Origin: Basidioascus undulatus
Lineage: Eukaryota
Length of the DNA: 35,791 bases
Reading direction: 5' to 3'
NCBI GenBank assembly: GCA_000826855.1
Contig: JTLS01000064.1
Coordinates: 1-35,791 of the forward strand
Shown here: in pieces, positions 1 to 11,887 of the stretch
Layout of the letters: the number at the start of each line of letters is the position of its first letter
How positions within the stretch are numbered: position 1 is the first letter of the stretch
Program-made: the position numbers and the translations under genes
The notes under the pieces: model-generated
What the model saw: the letters and a program-made list of their open reading frames with translations, nothing else
Told to the model about the DNA's origin: nothing
Databases searched by the model: none

Positions 1-675
1 AAGGAGGTTGCTCGGCTGTGGAGGTGGGTGGTGGTGGTGTGGTGGTGGTGAGCGGCAGGGGGCCCGAGTAGGGTGGAGGGGGAAGGAGCAGGGGTCGCGG
101 AGATGGGACGCACACTGCCGCTATTGACCACAAGGGAATCCAGACGCCACGAAAGAAGCCCCGAAGCCCCTCTTCCCTGAATTTCCCAGCCTCCCATCAG
201 CTGCCGTGCATCCTGCGAGTGTGCTTCAAGCGACGGACCGGTGAACCGCCCTGGCACACCCTAAGATCGTCTTGTGCGCCCTGTCGGTCTGTAATCGCGC
301 CTTGATCGAGTCGAGCTGTAATCCGCCCATAGTCGACATAAGTTCAGAGCCCCCTGACAGCACTGAGAGGATCAGACGCACCGGGAAGCCCACGAGCGTG
401 CTGACCAGACTAGCCGAAGTCGCGCATACCACCGTCTTGTTCTCTGTCCCTCCGGTCCCAATGAGCAGCGCATCCCTCCCCCTGAACGCGTTCACCCTCA
501 ACGCACTGTACAGCAGTTCAATCGCCTTCGCCGAAGGTCTTCGAGGCCGGTCGTCGGTGCCTGGCAGGCCAGAGCTGTGGTTCCGCCCGCTCTCGCTCAG
601 CGCTGCTGCTTCCAGGGTAACCTTGGCTGGGAGCGGATGGGAGCGGGCGGACCTAGGTTGTTGGTTTTGTGCCAT
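1..675 (-). CDS. Mitochondrial carrier family (SLC25) protein, 5' part; the gene runs off the left edge
   Basis: ATG at 675. Exons 675-382, 315-239 and 176-114 join through GT-AG introns to give ...GFP|LDSIKARLQT...HR|EEGLRGFFRGVWIPLW. This contains both halves of the carrier signature, Px[DE]xx[KR]xR and [DE]Gxxxx[FYW][KR]G. Positions 113-1 are intronic. Confidence 0.92.
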
Positions 676-1253
676 GGACGAGGGGCCTCGGGAGCATGCT
701 CTGTCCCCGTGCAGCTGTGGAGTGTGCGGGTGCGTCGTTATCCAGCGAGGGGGCGGCGGGGAGGACAAGGGCGAGCGCGATGGGAGAAGACCGGAGAGAT
801 GACCCGGCAGTGCGGTGAGAGCGCAACGGAGCCCACGGAGCCGCCGCGAACCCACGCGCCTTGCCGACTTCGAAACTTCGGCTTTTCGGATTTTACTTGC
901 ACCACTTCGCCTCATTCGTCGGACGGCCCATGTCCCGCTCACTGCACACAGAAGAGAAACGCTGGACGCAGAATACCTATCAGCAGAATCTTCGAGGTTG
1001 CAGAGAGGTGTACGCGAAAAATCGTAAGGTCTGAGGTTTGTGGTCGCCGCATTGCGCTCGTTCTCTTTTCCCGTGAATGTACCGCGATCGTCCAGCTGCA
1101 TCAGGAAAGGAATGCAGACAGCAGCATGATTGTCCGTAAATAATGTGAGACAAAAGTGAAAGCGCAAGATGGACAAGTGAAGGGTATGCTCGTGTAGCCA
1201 CGGAGAGCATCAGGTGCAGTGATGTAGGTGAAAAAGCGAAACGTAGAGCGTCG

Positions 1254-2587
1254 TTATTCCATGGGATTAGTCCGTCCGGCCTGCATGCAAAGCTCGGCAG
1301 CTTCAACGAACAGTCTTCCGCAACGGATACCGTATCCACCCCCCGAGAAAGGGGTACGCACCTGATCGTCATCGTCGTCCTCCCTCCCGCAGCAAAACAG
1401 CCAGTCCATCCACCACTGCTTCTTCTTCCCGTCTTGCTCCCTTCCCGCGCGCCGATGCCTTTCCTCCGTCTCTGAATCCACGTCCTCCGCCGCTCGGAGG
1501 TTCGGCGAGCTCCGCCGGCGCGGGCCCAGGACGTCCGCGACGGGGAACGCATCCTGCGGCGGGCCGCCAGGCTGGCCGGTCGACACGCCCGAAGACGCGA
1601 GCGGTGTCGGGCGTCGTTGCGGCTGATGTGAGGGCGCGGGAGGCGCAGGATCAGCAAAGGGATCTTGCTCCGACCCGCCCTGCCCCGGCGCGTCGACGCG
1701 TATTGCCGGGCCTTTGCTGGACGGCAGGGAAGGCGGGCGAAAGAAGCTCTTGGGCTCGCCATTGTCGCCCAACTCGAGCCCGCGCAGCGTCGTCTCGCCG
1801 CCGTCGGCCCATGCGCGCCCCTTGCCCTTGTTCTTGAACGCGGGGCGGTCCGCGGTGCTGACGCGCGGGGAGGAGGAAGGGGACGCGGCGGGGTCCTCGA
1901 CCAGCGGCTCGCTGTCGCGCGCGGCGGCGGCGCGCCGCCTCTCGCTGCTACCTCGCATGAGGAGGGTGGTGCGCCGCGCGAGGGCAGCTGCGGCGGAGGG
2001 CGCGGGCTGGGTCGGAGAGGAAGTGGAGAGTGCCTTGGACGCTCGCGCGGCTCTTCGCCGTTGGCGCTCGGCTTCTTCCCATCGCTTCAGATTCTATGAA
2101 CGAGTAAGAAGTATAAGTCAATCATGAAATCTTCATAGCGTCGCGCATGTACTGTTTCGCTCCGGCAACCATGCTGCAGCCCCCCGCGAAGCCCCATCCA
2201 CAACAAGTCCCACCATCCTGCCTGCCGCATCCGATTCGCACTCACCTCAGCGATCCTCTTTTCCTCCTCCTCGTCCTCCTGAACCGGCGGATAGGCCGTC
2301 CCGCTCCCCCACGAGTCCGGCCTTCCGTCCTCCAACTCCGCTCCATCGACCACGCCCATCTCCACGTCCGGCTCGCGCTCCTTCGCCTTGCTCTTGCCCT
2401 TGCGCGACGCGCCCCTCAGCGGCGGGCTGTCGGGGTCGTCATCGCCAAGCTTGACGTAGGACGAGCTGGAGCTCGCGATGTGGCTCCTGGTTTTGGGCGA
2501 GGATACGGAGGCGCGTGGGGCGGGCGGGCCCGCGGGTGGGGAGGCGAGGTCGGTCGGCTCGCGCGGCGGGCTGAACGGCGGGTCCAT
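1254..2587 (-). CDS. Uncharacterised, largely disordered protein with a short charged helix and a C-terminal WWMDWLFCCG...AGRTNPME tail
   Basis: Exons 2587-2246, 2093-1362 and 1280-1254 join in frame through canonical donors (GTGAGT, GTGCGT) and AG acceptors. Stop TAA at 1256-1254. Confidence 0.8.
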
Positions 2588-5106
2588 AGGACGGGGCGGA
2601 TAGGGGTCGGCGTGTCCGTCGGAGAACTATGGCGGTGCGGTGGATGCGGGCGGAAGGGAGGTCCCGGCCGGGGTATACGCGCAGTGTGGGATCGAAGAGG
2701 AGGTCAGGGGGCAGACTGCGAGAGAGAGGGCGCCGGCCGTCAGCTTGGGTGGGCTAGACGCGCTGAGACTAGTTAACAAACTAAGTTATATGCACGCGAG
2801 ACTGCTTACGCAAATTTCTGTGCAATTCTCCTGCGACCGTAAGGCCAGAGTTGGCAGAAGGGTAAAATTGACAGTCTAATCGAGTTGGGAAACATCCAGA
2901 TGGTCAATGGAGCGAAAATGAAACAGCGAGGAAGGGCACACCGTGGCATTGAAACGGGGTGCGCTCGCCGGGTGAGTGCTTTCTTCCGCTTCGCAGCTTT
3001 CTGCGCACCCCGGTACGCACTTCCACGACGTATGTCAGTGATGGGGTCGTGGCCCAGAAACATCACTGAAACTTGGGGAAATAAGTCGGTAGCTAGAAGA
3101 GCAGTGAAGTGTCCGCCAATACACCGTTGTGGGTTGCACGTCGTCAGCCTCATTGTTGTAGTGCTCTCGTCACATTTCACAGGGAAGCAGGTGTCTTCAT
3201 GAGCACATTCCAATGTTGCGGCCTGAAATCTCGTAAGTTAATAAGCAGACATCGGGGACAGGCCTCCAATGTGCCCGATGGATGCCCAGCGCATCGGTAC
3301 CCTTCCGCTGCGGCTGACGTTGCTCGTGAGGCACATTCCAGAAAGTATACATAGTGCAAGCCCAGACGATGTAGGGTTCTAGACGGGTTCGATCTTTGCG
3401 GCCCAGCGTGGCATTAGGTGCCCTCCGGGTGCGGCCTCAACTTCCCAGGTCGACGTTGGTCGACGCCTTTAGCTCTTACTCCGCCGCGCTATTGAACTCT
3501 TCAATGAGGATTGAACATCTGTTTATTCAATCGTAGCCTATACGCATCTGACGAAGCAGGGTTTGTCAATGCTGCCGCCCTTCTGCTCACACAACACCAA
3601 CTCGTATTTCCGGGTACACTGGAGAGCTATTCTTAAGTCCGTTATGACCCCTGTACAGCTTGTGTGCCCCTTACACACTGAGCTTGCTCAGTTTGACCAC
3701 AGCGTCTTCTGCTTGCATCTGAAGTTGCCAAGGACATGCACCCGCATGCTCGAGGAAGACAGTAGAGCAAACGAGGACCGCCTGGAAGATTGCAAGTAAA
3801 ATTCACGAAGAATACCCAACTACACGAAAATGGAAAAAGTTCAAGCTTCATGCCAATCCGTCTTCCTGTTGCTGGGCAGTCAGCGACAGTTCGCCACAAA
3901 CGCCGGCCTGCCCAACTTCCCTTCCCTCCACCCGTTGAGTCCTCCACTCCCATAGAATACCAAAGACATTGTTCTGGCTGTGAGTTATCACTGACTCCCA
4001 TTCTAGTTCCTTGGTCTGGCGTCCCTATACCTGGTACCATCTCCAGCTATCCTGTGTTGGGACCGGTCCTTGCCTGGTCTTCGCCAGGTCAGTATATGGA
4101 AGGAGTGGTCTTCACAGCTTGATTTATGCAGGTTCCTACTTTCCTCGACGGCCTTGCTTTTGCATATTCCGGCCGTGGTTTCATCGATGACAAACAGGGG
4201 TCCTTTCCCTCAGCCGGTTCTTCGGCCTTGACATCTCTCGAAGGTATACAGCGTGACCTGCGACTTGAGCTGCCCAGAAACCCTGAAGGAATAAATGGGC
4301 TGTTAGAACTGTTTCTCTATAATCCGCAATACTTTGCGCACATTGCACTGGTCGGCCACAGCGTACAGCGAAAAAGAAATGAAGACTATGCTTGCAGGAG
4401 GGGTTGGATTACCGCTGAGCAAAGGTTATGTGTCGTGGATCCCCTGGCACCCACTACTGAACCTCAAATCGAATGTTGGATATAGAAGAAGGCCAGACCG
4501 AGGCGAGGCGTCTTCTTGTCTTTGGCTGCGAAGGTGCTGCATGTCTGTAGCTATTTCAGTATGCCTTCTTCCCGCTCTCAAAGTATGGGACGTCTGCAGG
4601 AATCTTCATTTCATTTCGTAATTGAGGTAGTCTTGAGGTCATAGCTATGGTGTGGCGAGTGTGCAATGATCCGAGTTTCCCGCCAATGTGCAAGCTCCAA
4701 GATATGCTGGGATACCGTACAAGGAGTGCTAAACCGAAGAAGACGCAAGTAAAGGAAGGCCCTGCGAGGGCGGACGGGTATAGAGACGCACTCAATAGGT
4801 AGGTATCTCGGTAAGTCATAGCGCGTAGATTGGTATAGATTGGGCGCGGCGAGGCCCAGCCTTCAATACCGTAAGCGTGAAGACCTCTGGCGCATCGTGT
4901 CTCAAAGGTCCGAACATCAGCGCGAACAGGGTGTTGTAATCATGCAACAAATGTGGATATATAAAATGCAAAGCAATGGCAAGCATGTGCGGTGATTGTT
5001 CCGGGTCAAGTCCTCCTCCGCTCAAACATCAGCAACAACACAGAGCGACCCGACCCGGAAGCTTTTGAGACGCCAATAACACATGAAGAGGGGTCGAGGA
5101 GCCCAA

Positions 5107-5658
5107 TCACTCCTGGATAGAGGTGTCGCCCTCGAACTCGGACTCCTCCTCGTTCTCGTCCGCCTTGAGCCCGGCCTTGCTCAGGGCCTCCTCGGACGCG
5201 TAGTTGACGTTGGAGCGCGTGCGACGCCCGGGGAGGATCGCGGTGGGGTCGATCTCGGCAAAGTCTGTTGAGTGGGGAAGGCGGCGTCAGTGGGCAATCT
5301 CGGTTGGCGCATGCAGGGCCAGTGACGTGCCCTCCAGGTCCTCCTGGAAGACGGGCGTGTCAGCGTGAACAGATGGGAGTGACGCGACCATGTGAGAACA
5401 ACTCACATCGTCATCGTCGTCGTCCTCCTCCTCCATCTCCTCGTCGCTGTCCTCGTCATCTTCCTCCTCCGCAGCTGCAAATCCCCACACGCCCAGCATC
5501 AGCCTCCGCTGCATCTCTGCACCCCTTGCCCCCTGCAGGTACGCACGAGCAGGCGCCTTGCCCTTGCCCTTGTCCATAGACGTCGGCTCGACGGGCGCAA
5601 CGTCGGACGCGGCCGTCATCGTCTCGCTGGGCTTGTCGGTGGTGCTGTCCACCGCCAT
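5107..5658 (-). CDS. CHZ1: Histone H2A.Z chaperone Chz1-like protein (CHZ domain)
   Basis: Exons 5658-5547, 5474-5407, 5343-5331 and 5264-5107. A long D/E tract is followed by DFAEIDPTAILPGRRTRSNVNY, matching the CHZ motif (EIDxxNII-GRRTRG-x-IDY). Confidence 0.85.
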
Positions 5659-7017
5659 GGTCGTCAGAGAGCAGTCCTGCTGGAAGTCAAGCAGAGCACG
5701 CTTACACAGGGGCGGCGGGAGCGGTGGTGTCAGACATGATGGCAGATGTGTGGGTGTGGTAAGAGGTAGAGAAGGGGAGGGTGCGAGGTGGGGATTAGTG
5801 GGCAAGCATGGAATCCGGGCTTGCGACGCGCTCAGCGGCGCGTCCGCCCTGGGACCGGGGTCCTACCACTCGGTCGCGTTTCTGCTCATTTACTCGCCGA
5901 CGGTGGTCTGCAGGATGCGCGGTACACCCTGAATGGGTATATTGAGTCGGGAGGAATCAAACGCTACATACGTTTTAAATGTTATACGGCGCAACTGAAG
6001 CCGCAGTCTATCCAAATTGAACGACTGTTCCAATGGCATTCTGAGGTCCCGGGCTTGACATGCTTGCCTCAGATTGTCTGGAGTGTCGATGCTCGCCTGC
6101 GGAATAAGATATGAGGTTGGGAAAACATTACTTGACAAACATGTCCAAGCAGGACTAGGAAAGCTCAGATTTGGCAGCACTGGGCGTGTTCGCGAACTGT
6201 GGGTGAACTTGAGCGTGACACTGGTATACTCAAACGACAGCTTCTGCTTGCCACCAAACCGCTCGTCTTGGGGCTAAAAGTAGTCTTGATGGTTTATAAT
6301 TTAGATCTGCAGAACTTCTAACAGCTCGATCAGGACGGCGCAGGTGCCCAATGGGTAGGTCAAACACCTTCCGAGTAGTTACCAGAGCGGCCTCGGTCGT
6401 CGGGCCTCGCTCGAGAAAGCGGAGTTGGCAAATGGTTCCATGGTGTGTACAAATGAACGAGTACAAATGAACGAGACGAGATTTTCGCGAACAATGGTTT
6501 GGCACCTCGAATATGCGCCAGGAGGCCCAGAAGACGGTTCGTGAAGTGCCAATTGTCGTTCGACTCACTACTGCCGGTCAAACGGGCGAATGTCAGCTTT
6601 GGTTTCTCCAGGTCATTACTAGGATGATTTATAATGCGCGTCAGGATACACTTAATTTATTACAGTCATTCGGGTGGAACACAGTCACAATGCAGGCTGA
6701 TTGTCAGATGACCGAGTACCGAAAGCGGACTGCATCTTCGCACCTTGCAGCGGCTGTCGGACTACTCGGCAGCCCCCACGAAGATGTGGACTTCATAGAA
6801 GATCTTGGACCCTGAAGGGATGTCAACGGCCGAAGTCAGCTGCTGTCAAGCTCACAATTCTGCGGGATGGGCCTGCTGAGCGCTGGACGATTCCAATCTC
6901 TTCCGAGCGGTCCCACCGAGGTATATCTTAGGCAAAGCTGATGTGTGCGCGGTTTGCCCACAAACCGGTATCATCCCTCTTCCACTTCCTATCAAATATC
7001 CTCAGACAAACTCCATC

Positions 7018-8710
7018 ATGCCAAACGGCGGCAGCCCTTCGGTACTCGTTCAGACTATGAAAGCTCTGCGCTTTCACGCGAAACGCGACCTGCGTATCGA
7101 GGACATCCGGGTCCCCTCTCCACGTGCAGGGGAGATAAAGTTTAAGGTGAGTAATAACTCCCCTCTTTTAACAAGATTGAGATTCTGAATAGCTTTGCCG
7201 CCTCCAGGTGGCGTGGTGTGGCATTTGTGCGTGGACTGCTTGCAAACCCTAGGATTACCTCACGAGCCGTTTCAACAGGCGGAAGCGACATACACGAAGT
7301 GCACATTCTTTCTCCCCGGTATTTCCAAGTCAGCTGGAGCTAAAATTGCTTTCAGTTCCTCGACGGGCCAGTCTGTGCCGGGATCCTGGCAACCCTCACA
7401 AGACATTTGACACATCCCTTTGGCTTTGACGGGCGATTGTTTCAAAAATTGTTTTACTGACTTTGGCATTCTCAGCCCCTCAACCATGGGCCACGAGTTC
7501 AGCGGCAGCGGCACGGTCGTTGCCATTGGGCCGGACGTCGACCCAAAGTTCGAGGTCGGCCAGCAAGTCTGCGTCGAGCCGACGATCTCATGCCGCAAGT
7601 GCTCGGTCTGTCAAGCTGCACTCTGTAAGCATAATTCCACGTCGCAAAGTTCATGGCTAACGAGTATTCCCCGACAGACAACATTTGCCCGGACCTTAGT
7701 TTTGTGTAAGAATGCGGTACCAGGATCCAGGATGGGTGGTTCACATCTTGCCGGACAACGTTTCCCGTGCGTGACATGATGCTGATTCTCTTACCAAAGA
7801 CGATTTTTTAACAGCACCTTTCAATGGAGCGAAGCAGGAGCCTTGATGGAGTTATATTCCCAAAAAAAACCCCTTGACGTCAACCCAGACTGGTGGCTCA
7901 CATCCTCGGCGGTCGCTCGCAACCTAGCCACTTGCTGTCGCGTGGCACGCGGTCGAAAGGGGCTCCTTCAGAGCCGGACAGTTCGGCTCTCGTTATCGTT
8001 TCGGGACCCATCGGACTCTTCATCATAAGGCCCTGAAGGCTATATAGGGGCGTCGTTCATCGATGTCAGCGAGCGATGGACGCCCGCAAGAAGATGGCCC
8101 TGCATGCTGGAGCAGACCTCGTTTGGGACCCGAGGACGGCTGATGTCGAGGTGAGTAGCTCTGGGAGAGGGCATTGCTGTACCCGCTAACCAGGGAGACT
8201 GTAAACTACCAGGCAGAATGTCAGAAGGCCTCCCAAGGCGGACAAGGCGTAGACTGCAGCTTTGACTGCGCCGGTGCATCTGCTGCAAATTTAGGTGTCC
8301 GTGACAAGCAAGCTAAAGCTCCGCCGGAGGGGCACGATCGTGAATATTGCAATCTGGGTAGGCCGCCTTTAGCTTTGTGGACCTTGTCGAGCGATTGCCT
8401 CACACTTCGGCTCGGACCAGGAACGCCCCACCTCGCTTAATCTAAACGACCTCCTGCTTCAAGAGCGGACTACACGGGAGCAAGTGGCTACGCGAACAAC
8501 CACCCGGACGTCCTAGCAGCGGTATCCGAGGGCCGAATTACATGCGACGGTTTGTTTGCGCGGCACTTGATTTCAGCAAGAGATACTGAAATATCGGATC
8601 CAACAGAGTTGATCACGGCTAAAATCCCTTTGGAGAAGGTCGTCGACGGGGGATTCCGGGAGCTTCTCAACCACAAGGAGCGGGACATCAAGATCTTGAT
8701 GCAGCCGTGA
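7018..8710 (+). pseudogene. Decayed Zn-dependent medium-chain dehydrogenase (2,3-butanediol dehydrogenase-like)
   Basis: Recognisable motifs: MKALRFH, VAWCGIC|GSDIHE, MGHEFSG, CRKCSVC..NIC, PLAVAWHAV, GPIG, DCSFDCAG and IKILMQP*. Frame breaks near 7380, 7981, 8027, 8075 and 8469. A splice donor is missing near 7421, and the first Gly of GxGxxG reads as Val. Confidence 0.85.
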
Positions 8711-8975
8711 ACCGGAACCGGGCGTGTAGCTCGAGTCTTCCTGTCGTGCACTGCTTCGCTCTACCGCTGTGCCTTACCTTCATACGGGAATGAGGGGTTT
8801 GCATTTGTATTTAATTCTATGACGAGACAATATGTTCCCCTCCCGAGTTATCCAAGCACGGAGCATATCGAATCACAGCTCGTCATGCACAACGCCCGAA
8901 GATACAAGTGTCACCTCACCTCCGTGTGCTGTTGGAAAATTTGAGCATGCAAGATTTTTACAGGTCTACAGAGAA

Positions 8976-10175
8976 ACTCACCTCTTTGACCGCTCCAGAC
9001 GAAATAAACGTCCTCCACTGCTCGTCTTCTTCCCGGTACCTCTCCGCCTCGAGCGCATGCGCATCGTAGCTCCCATCCTGAAACTTGGCCCACTCGATCG
9101 TCCCCCGTCCCTCCGCACGAGCTCCGGACATCTCCTCCAGTACGTCCAGCACCACTTCTTCCGTTTCCCCTTTCACCCACACGGTAACCCGGATCGTCGG
9201 CTCGCCCGGCAAGTCGTCTAGCACGACGCGCACGAGCGGCGCGAAGTTGTCCTCCGCACGCGCACGCATCCCTTCCTGCAGCGCGATTACCGCGGTACGC
9301 AGGCCGGTCGCGGCGGTGGTGAGGACGACACTCGCCTGCTTCGGGAGGACCAACCAGCGCTGAACGAGAGGGTGTAGCAACCCACCACGGAGGACGATCC
9401 CCAGCGTGCGGAGGAGGACCTGTGCGCGCGGCACCGTAGGCGGTTGTGTCGGGGTGGGCGTGGCGGAAGCGAAACGAGGCTTGGGCAGGGAAAAGACGAC
9501 GCGAAGCTCGCTGCGCGTCGTCGGTGTCGCCTAGCTCGAGCACGTTGACATCTGTGAGCTCCAAGCTCTTCGTCGCGTCCTCGACCTCCTCCGGTGACCC
9601 CGAAGCGACGAGATCGAACCCCAAGCCGTACCCGTGGTCGGTGGTGAGGACGTGAACAACGATCCGCCCCGAGTCGACGATGACGATTGTTGACTCTCCT
9701 CGTCCGGCCCGTCAGACCGATGCCCAACCCAGTGAGGGTGGGGAACGGCTCTGAGAACGTCCACGCCGATTCGGGGTCGATGAGGCCGAGCGCCGTGACG
9801 GCCGCAATGCGCTGCGCGTCGGTGAGCAAGGGCGGGACGGTCAAGCCAAGGGCTTCGATGGGGCTACAGAGCTTGGTCGCTTATGTACGAATGAGAGAAC
9901 TTTAAGCGGGTTCAATTTGGAGAGGATACGGACCAATTGAATGCACCTGCCAACTTCGGTAGCTCCGCCAGCACCTGAGCGAACATTTGCGAAGTCTCCT
10001 CTCCCTCTTCCGCGTCGATGAAACCGTTTGAGGGGAGAATCATAAATGCATTACCATCTGGAGTGTCGCTGTCAATGGGCTGTTCCGAGTCGGCAGCGAA
10101 GACGACCGCAGCGAGGATGAGAAGCGCAACCGTGACGAGCGACGTCGCAGTTGTCAGAACCTTTAGCTGAAACAT
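8976..10175 (-). pseudogene. Probably decayed gene for an unknown protein with an N-terminal signal peptide/anchor
   Basis: Exon 10175-9934 (MFQLKVLTTATSLVTVALLILAAVVFAA) splices in frame through intron 9933-9864 to ..FNC PIEALGLTVPP... A frame change is needed near 9705-9720, and there is no phase-compatible canonical donor near 9510 for the 9419-8976 exon. The 3' end is uncertain. Confidence 0.5.
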
Positions 10176-10579
10176 AGGGAAGCTGGAAGCCTCCGAAATG
10201 CTCCTGTCGCGTGCTTAGTTCGCAAACGGACGAGTGCGTGGTGGAAGTCCAAGAAGGGCGCGTGCTGCAGCGGCGACGTGTTGAGGTCAACCTGACACGT
10301 CTGCACCTCAGGTGACAGGGACTCATTCAATGTGCTGCACTGAATAATAGCACATGAGTTCTAATCATCGCTATGTTGTTTGTCGGGTGAAAATACGGAC
10401 CCTCCGGCCGCCTAGCAAACGGTACTTCGACAGGTGTTCTTGAGCACTCCCGGCATCCGCATACGGCGGGTACAATAAGGAGCGGCGGAAACACTTCACG
10501 CTTACAAGCTGACAAAATCGGCCAGGATATGTCCCGGTCTAATATGCACGGTATCCCTGATAGGTTCCGCTGTGCATGG

Positions 10580-11394
10580 TAAGGCTCGAACTTATACTCA
10601 TATTCATACGCTTTCGGCGTATGAATAAGTATGAGTATGAGTATGAGGTATATATGTCATAGAATCTCCTACTATGAGATTCCGTATGACCTTACCAGTG
10701 GGGCTGTAGATTTTCAGTTAGGGGAAGACTTTTTCACTATTTCGGTGCTGTTAGGCCCTACAAACAAATGAACATCTTCACTATGCATGTAACTGCTGAG
10801 AATAATGGTATTTTTAAAGATTTTCTGCCTAATTGTAGGAATACATTACACAATGCTGTGGTATTGCCACTGGCAAACAACTCAAAACTACTGGGGGTAC
10901 TGGTCCATCAATGCAAATAGGACCACCACTTCCACCATGCTTCACCACTTTCCAAGAAAAACCTCCTTGATATTTTGTAAAAGGGAATGGCTGACATGAT
11001 GATTAGTATTGATTTGCATTGAGTGCCAGTCCACCTCGCTGCACCAAGCCGAGGTTCAAGATGAAGCAGGAAACTGCTTCCAGCCCTGATGTCAGCAAGC
11101 TATTGCCCTTTCAGGCCTCTCAATTTTCCTTCTTCTGATGTTTCTTTTGAAGTTCTGGAGGTGTCAAGGAGGTTCAAGCTTGTGTACATGAAAGGGGAGC
11201 TGAAAGGGGCCTGTACACCGGAGTTTGACCAAGCTTGGGCTCTTTTCTAGTCTGAACCTCATACTTTTCTCATACTATGAGAGTCAACCTCATATGAGGT
11301 AAGTACTGAGGGTGTATGAATGAGTATGTGATATGAGGAAGAATGAGGGAATGAGCATACTATGAGGTATGTATGAGATGAGGTCCGAGCCTTA
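10580..11394. mobile_element. Non-autonomous hAT-type DNA transposon (815 bp)
   Basis: Imperfect TIRs: left TAAGGCTCGAACTTATACTCATA, right (reverse complement) TAAGGCTCGGACCTCATCTCATA. Perfect 8-bp direct flank GTGCATGG at 10572-10579 and 11395-11402. Subterminal TATGAG/CTCATA repeats at both ends. No transposase-length ORF. Confidence 0.9.
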
Positions 11395-11887
11395 GTGCAT
11401 GGGCATGTCCACAGTTCAAGCATCAACTGAGCAGAGGAAAGGCGGTGCAAGAGCCAGCTGTAGTCTTGACCTGTTCACCGGGGACAAGGGGTGTATGCAA
11501 TTCTGGTGGTAACTCTGTGAATATCTTGAAACAAAATCAATTCTATGAACTGTCTCCACTGCATACCTTCCTGTGATCGAGTCACATCTGTTCTGCCCCT
11601 GCCTGTTTCCCAACGGTTCTGCGGACAACACACCTGTTCTACCAACCCGCTCCCCCGCTGAAACCTCCATGTCGAAACCCTTCATATCTGTTTCCAAGAT
11701 TTTAAGGTGTTGGTAACTCTGTGATTCGAGCGGGGCTAATTGCTTCCTGACCTGCAGTTGTAGTGCAATAACGACTGGGCCGGAGGAGGGGGCCTGGTCG
11801 GTTTATAATGAACATCGAACTTCCCTGTATCGTTCATTCCAAATTCATTCTCAACAGCCATCGGGGGAGGGCTGATAGGGGTCCAAA

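Noticed and set aside
20..50. (GGT)n tract, and the purine tracts/GGGGGATGGAAC duplication within 30460-31980
   Set aside because: Low-complexity intronic sequence, not CRISPR-like or functional arrays.
3249..3475. Hairpins (CATCGGG..CCCGATG, GTCGAC..GTCGAC) and a B-box-like GGTTCGATC
   Set aside because: I could not build a tRNA cloverleaf, snRNA signature or ribozyme core. An Infernal/Rfam scan would be needed.
4290..5030. Hydrophobic minus-strand peptide fragments that might be another decayed membrane-protein gene
   Set aside because: No recognisable motif and no consistent exon chain.
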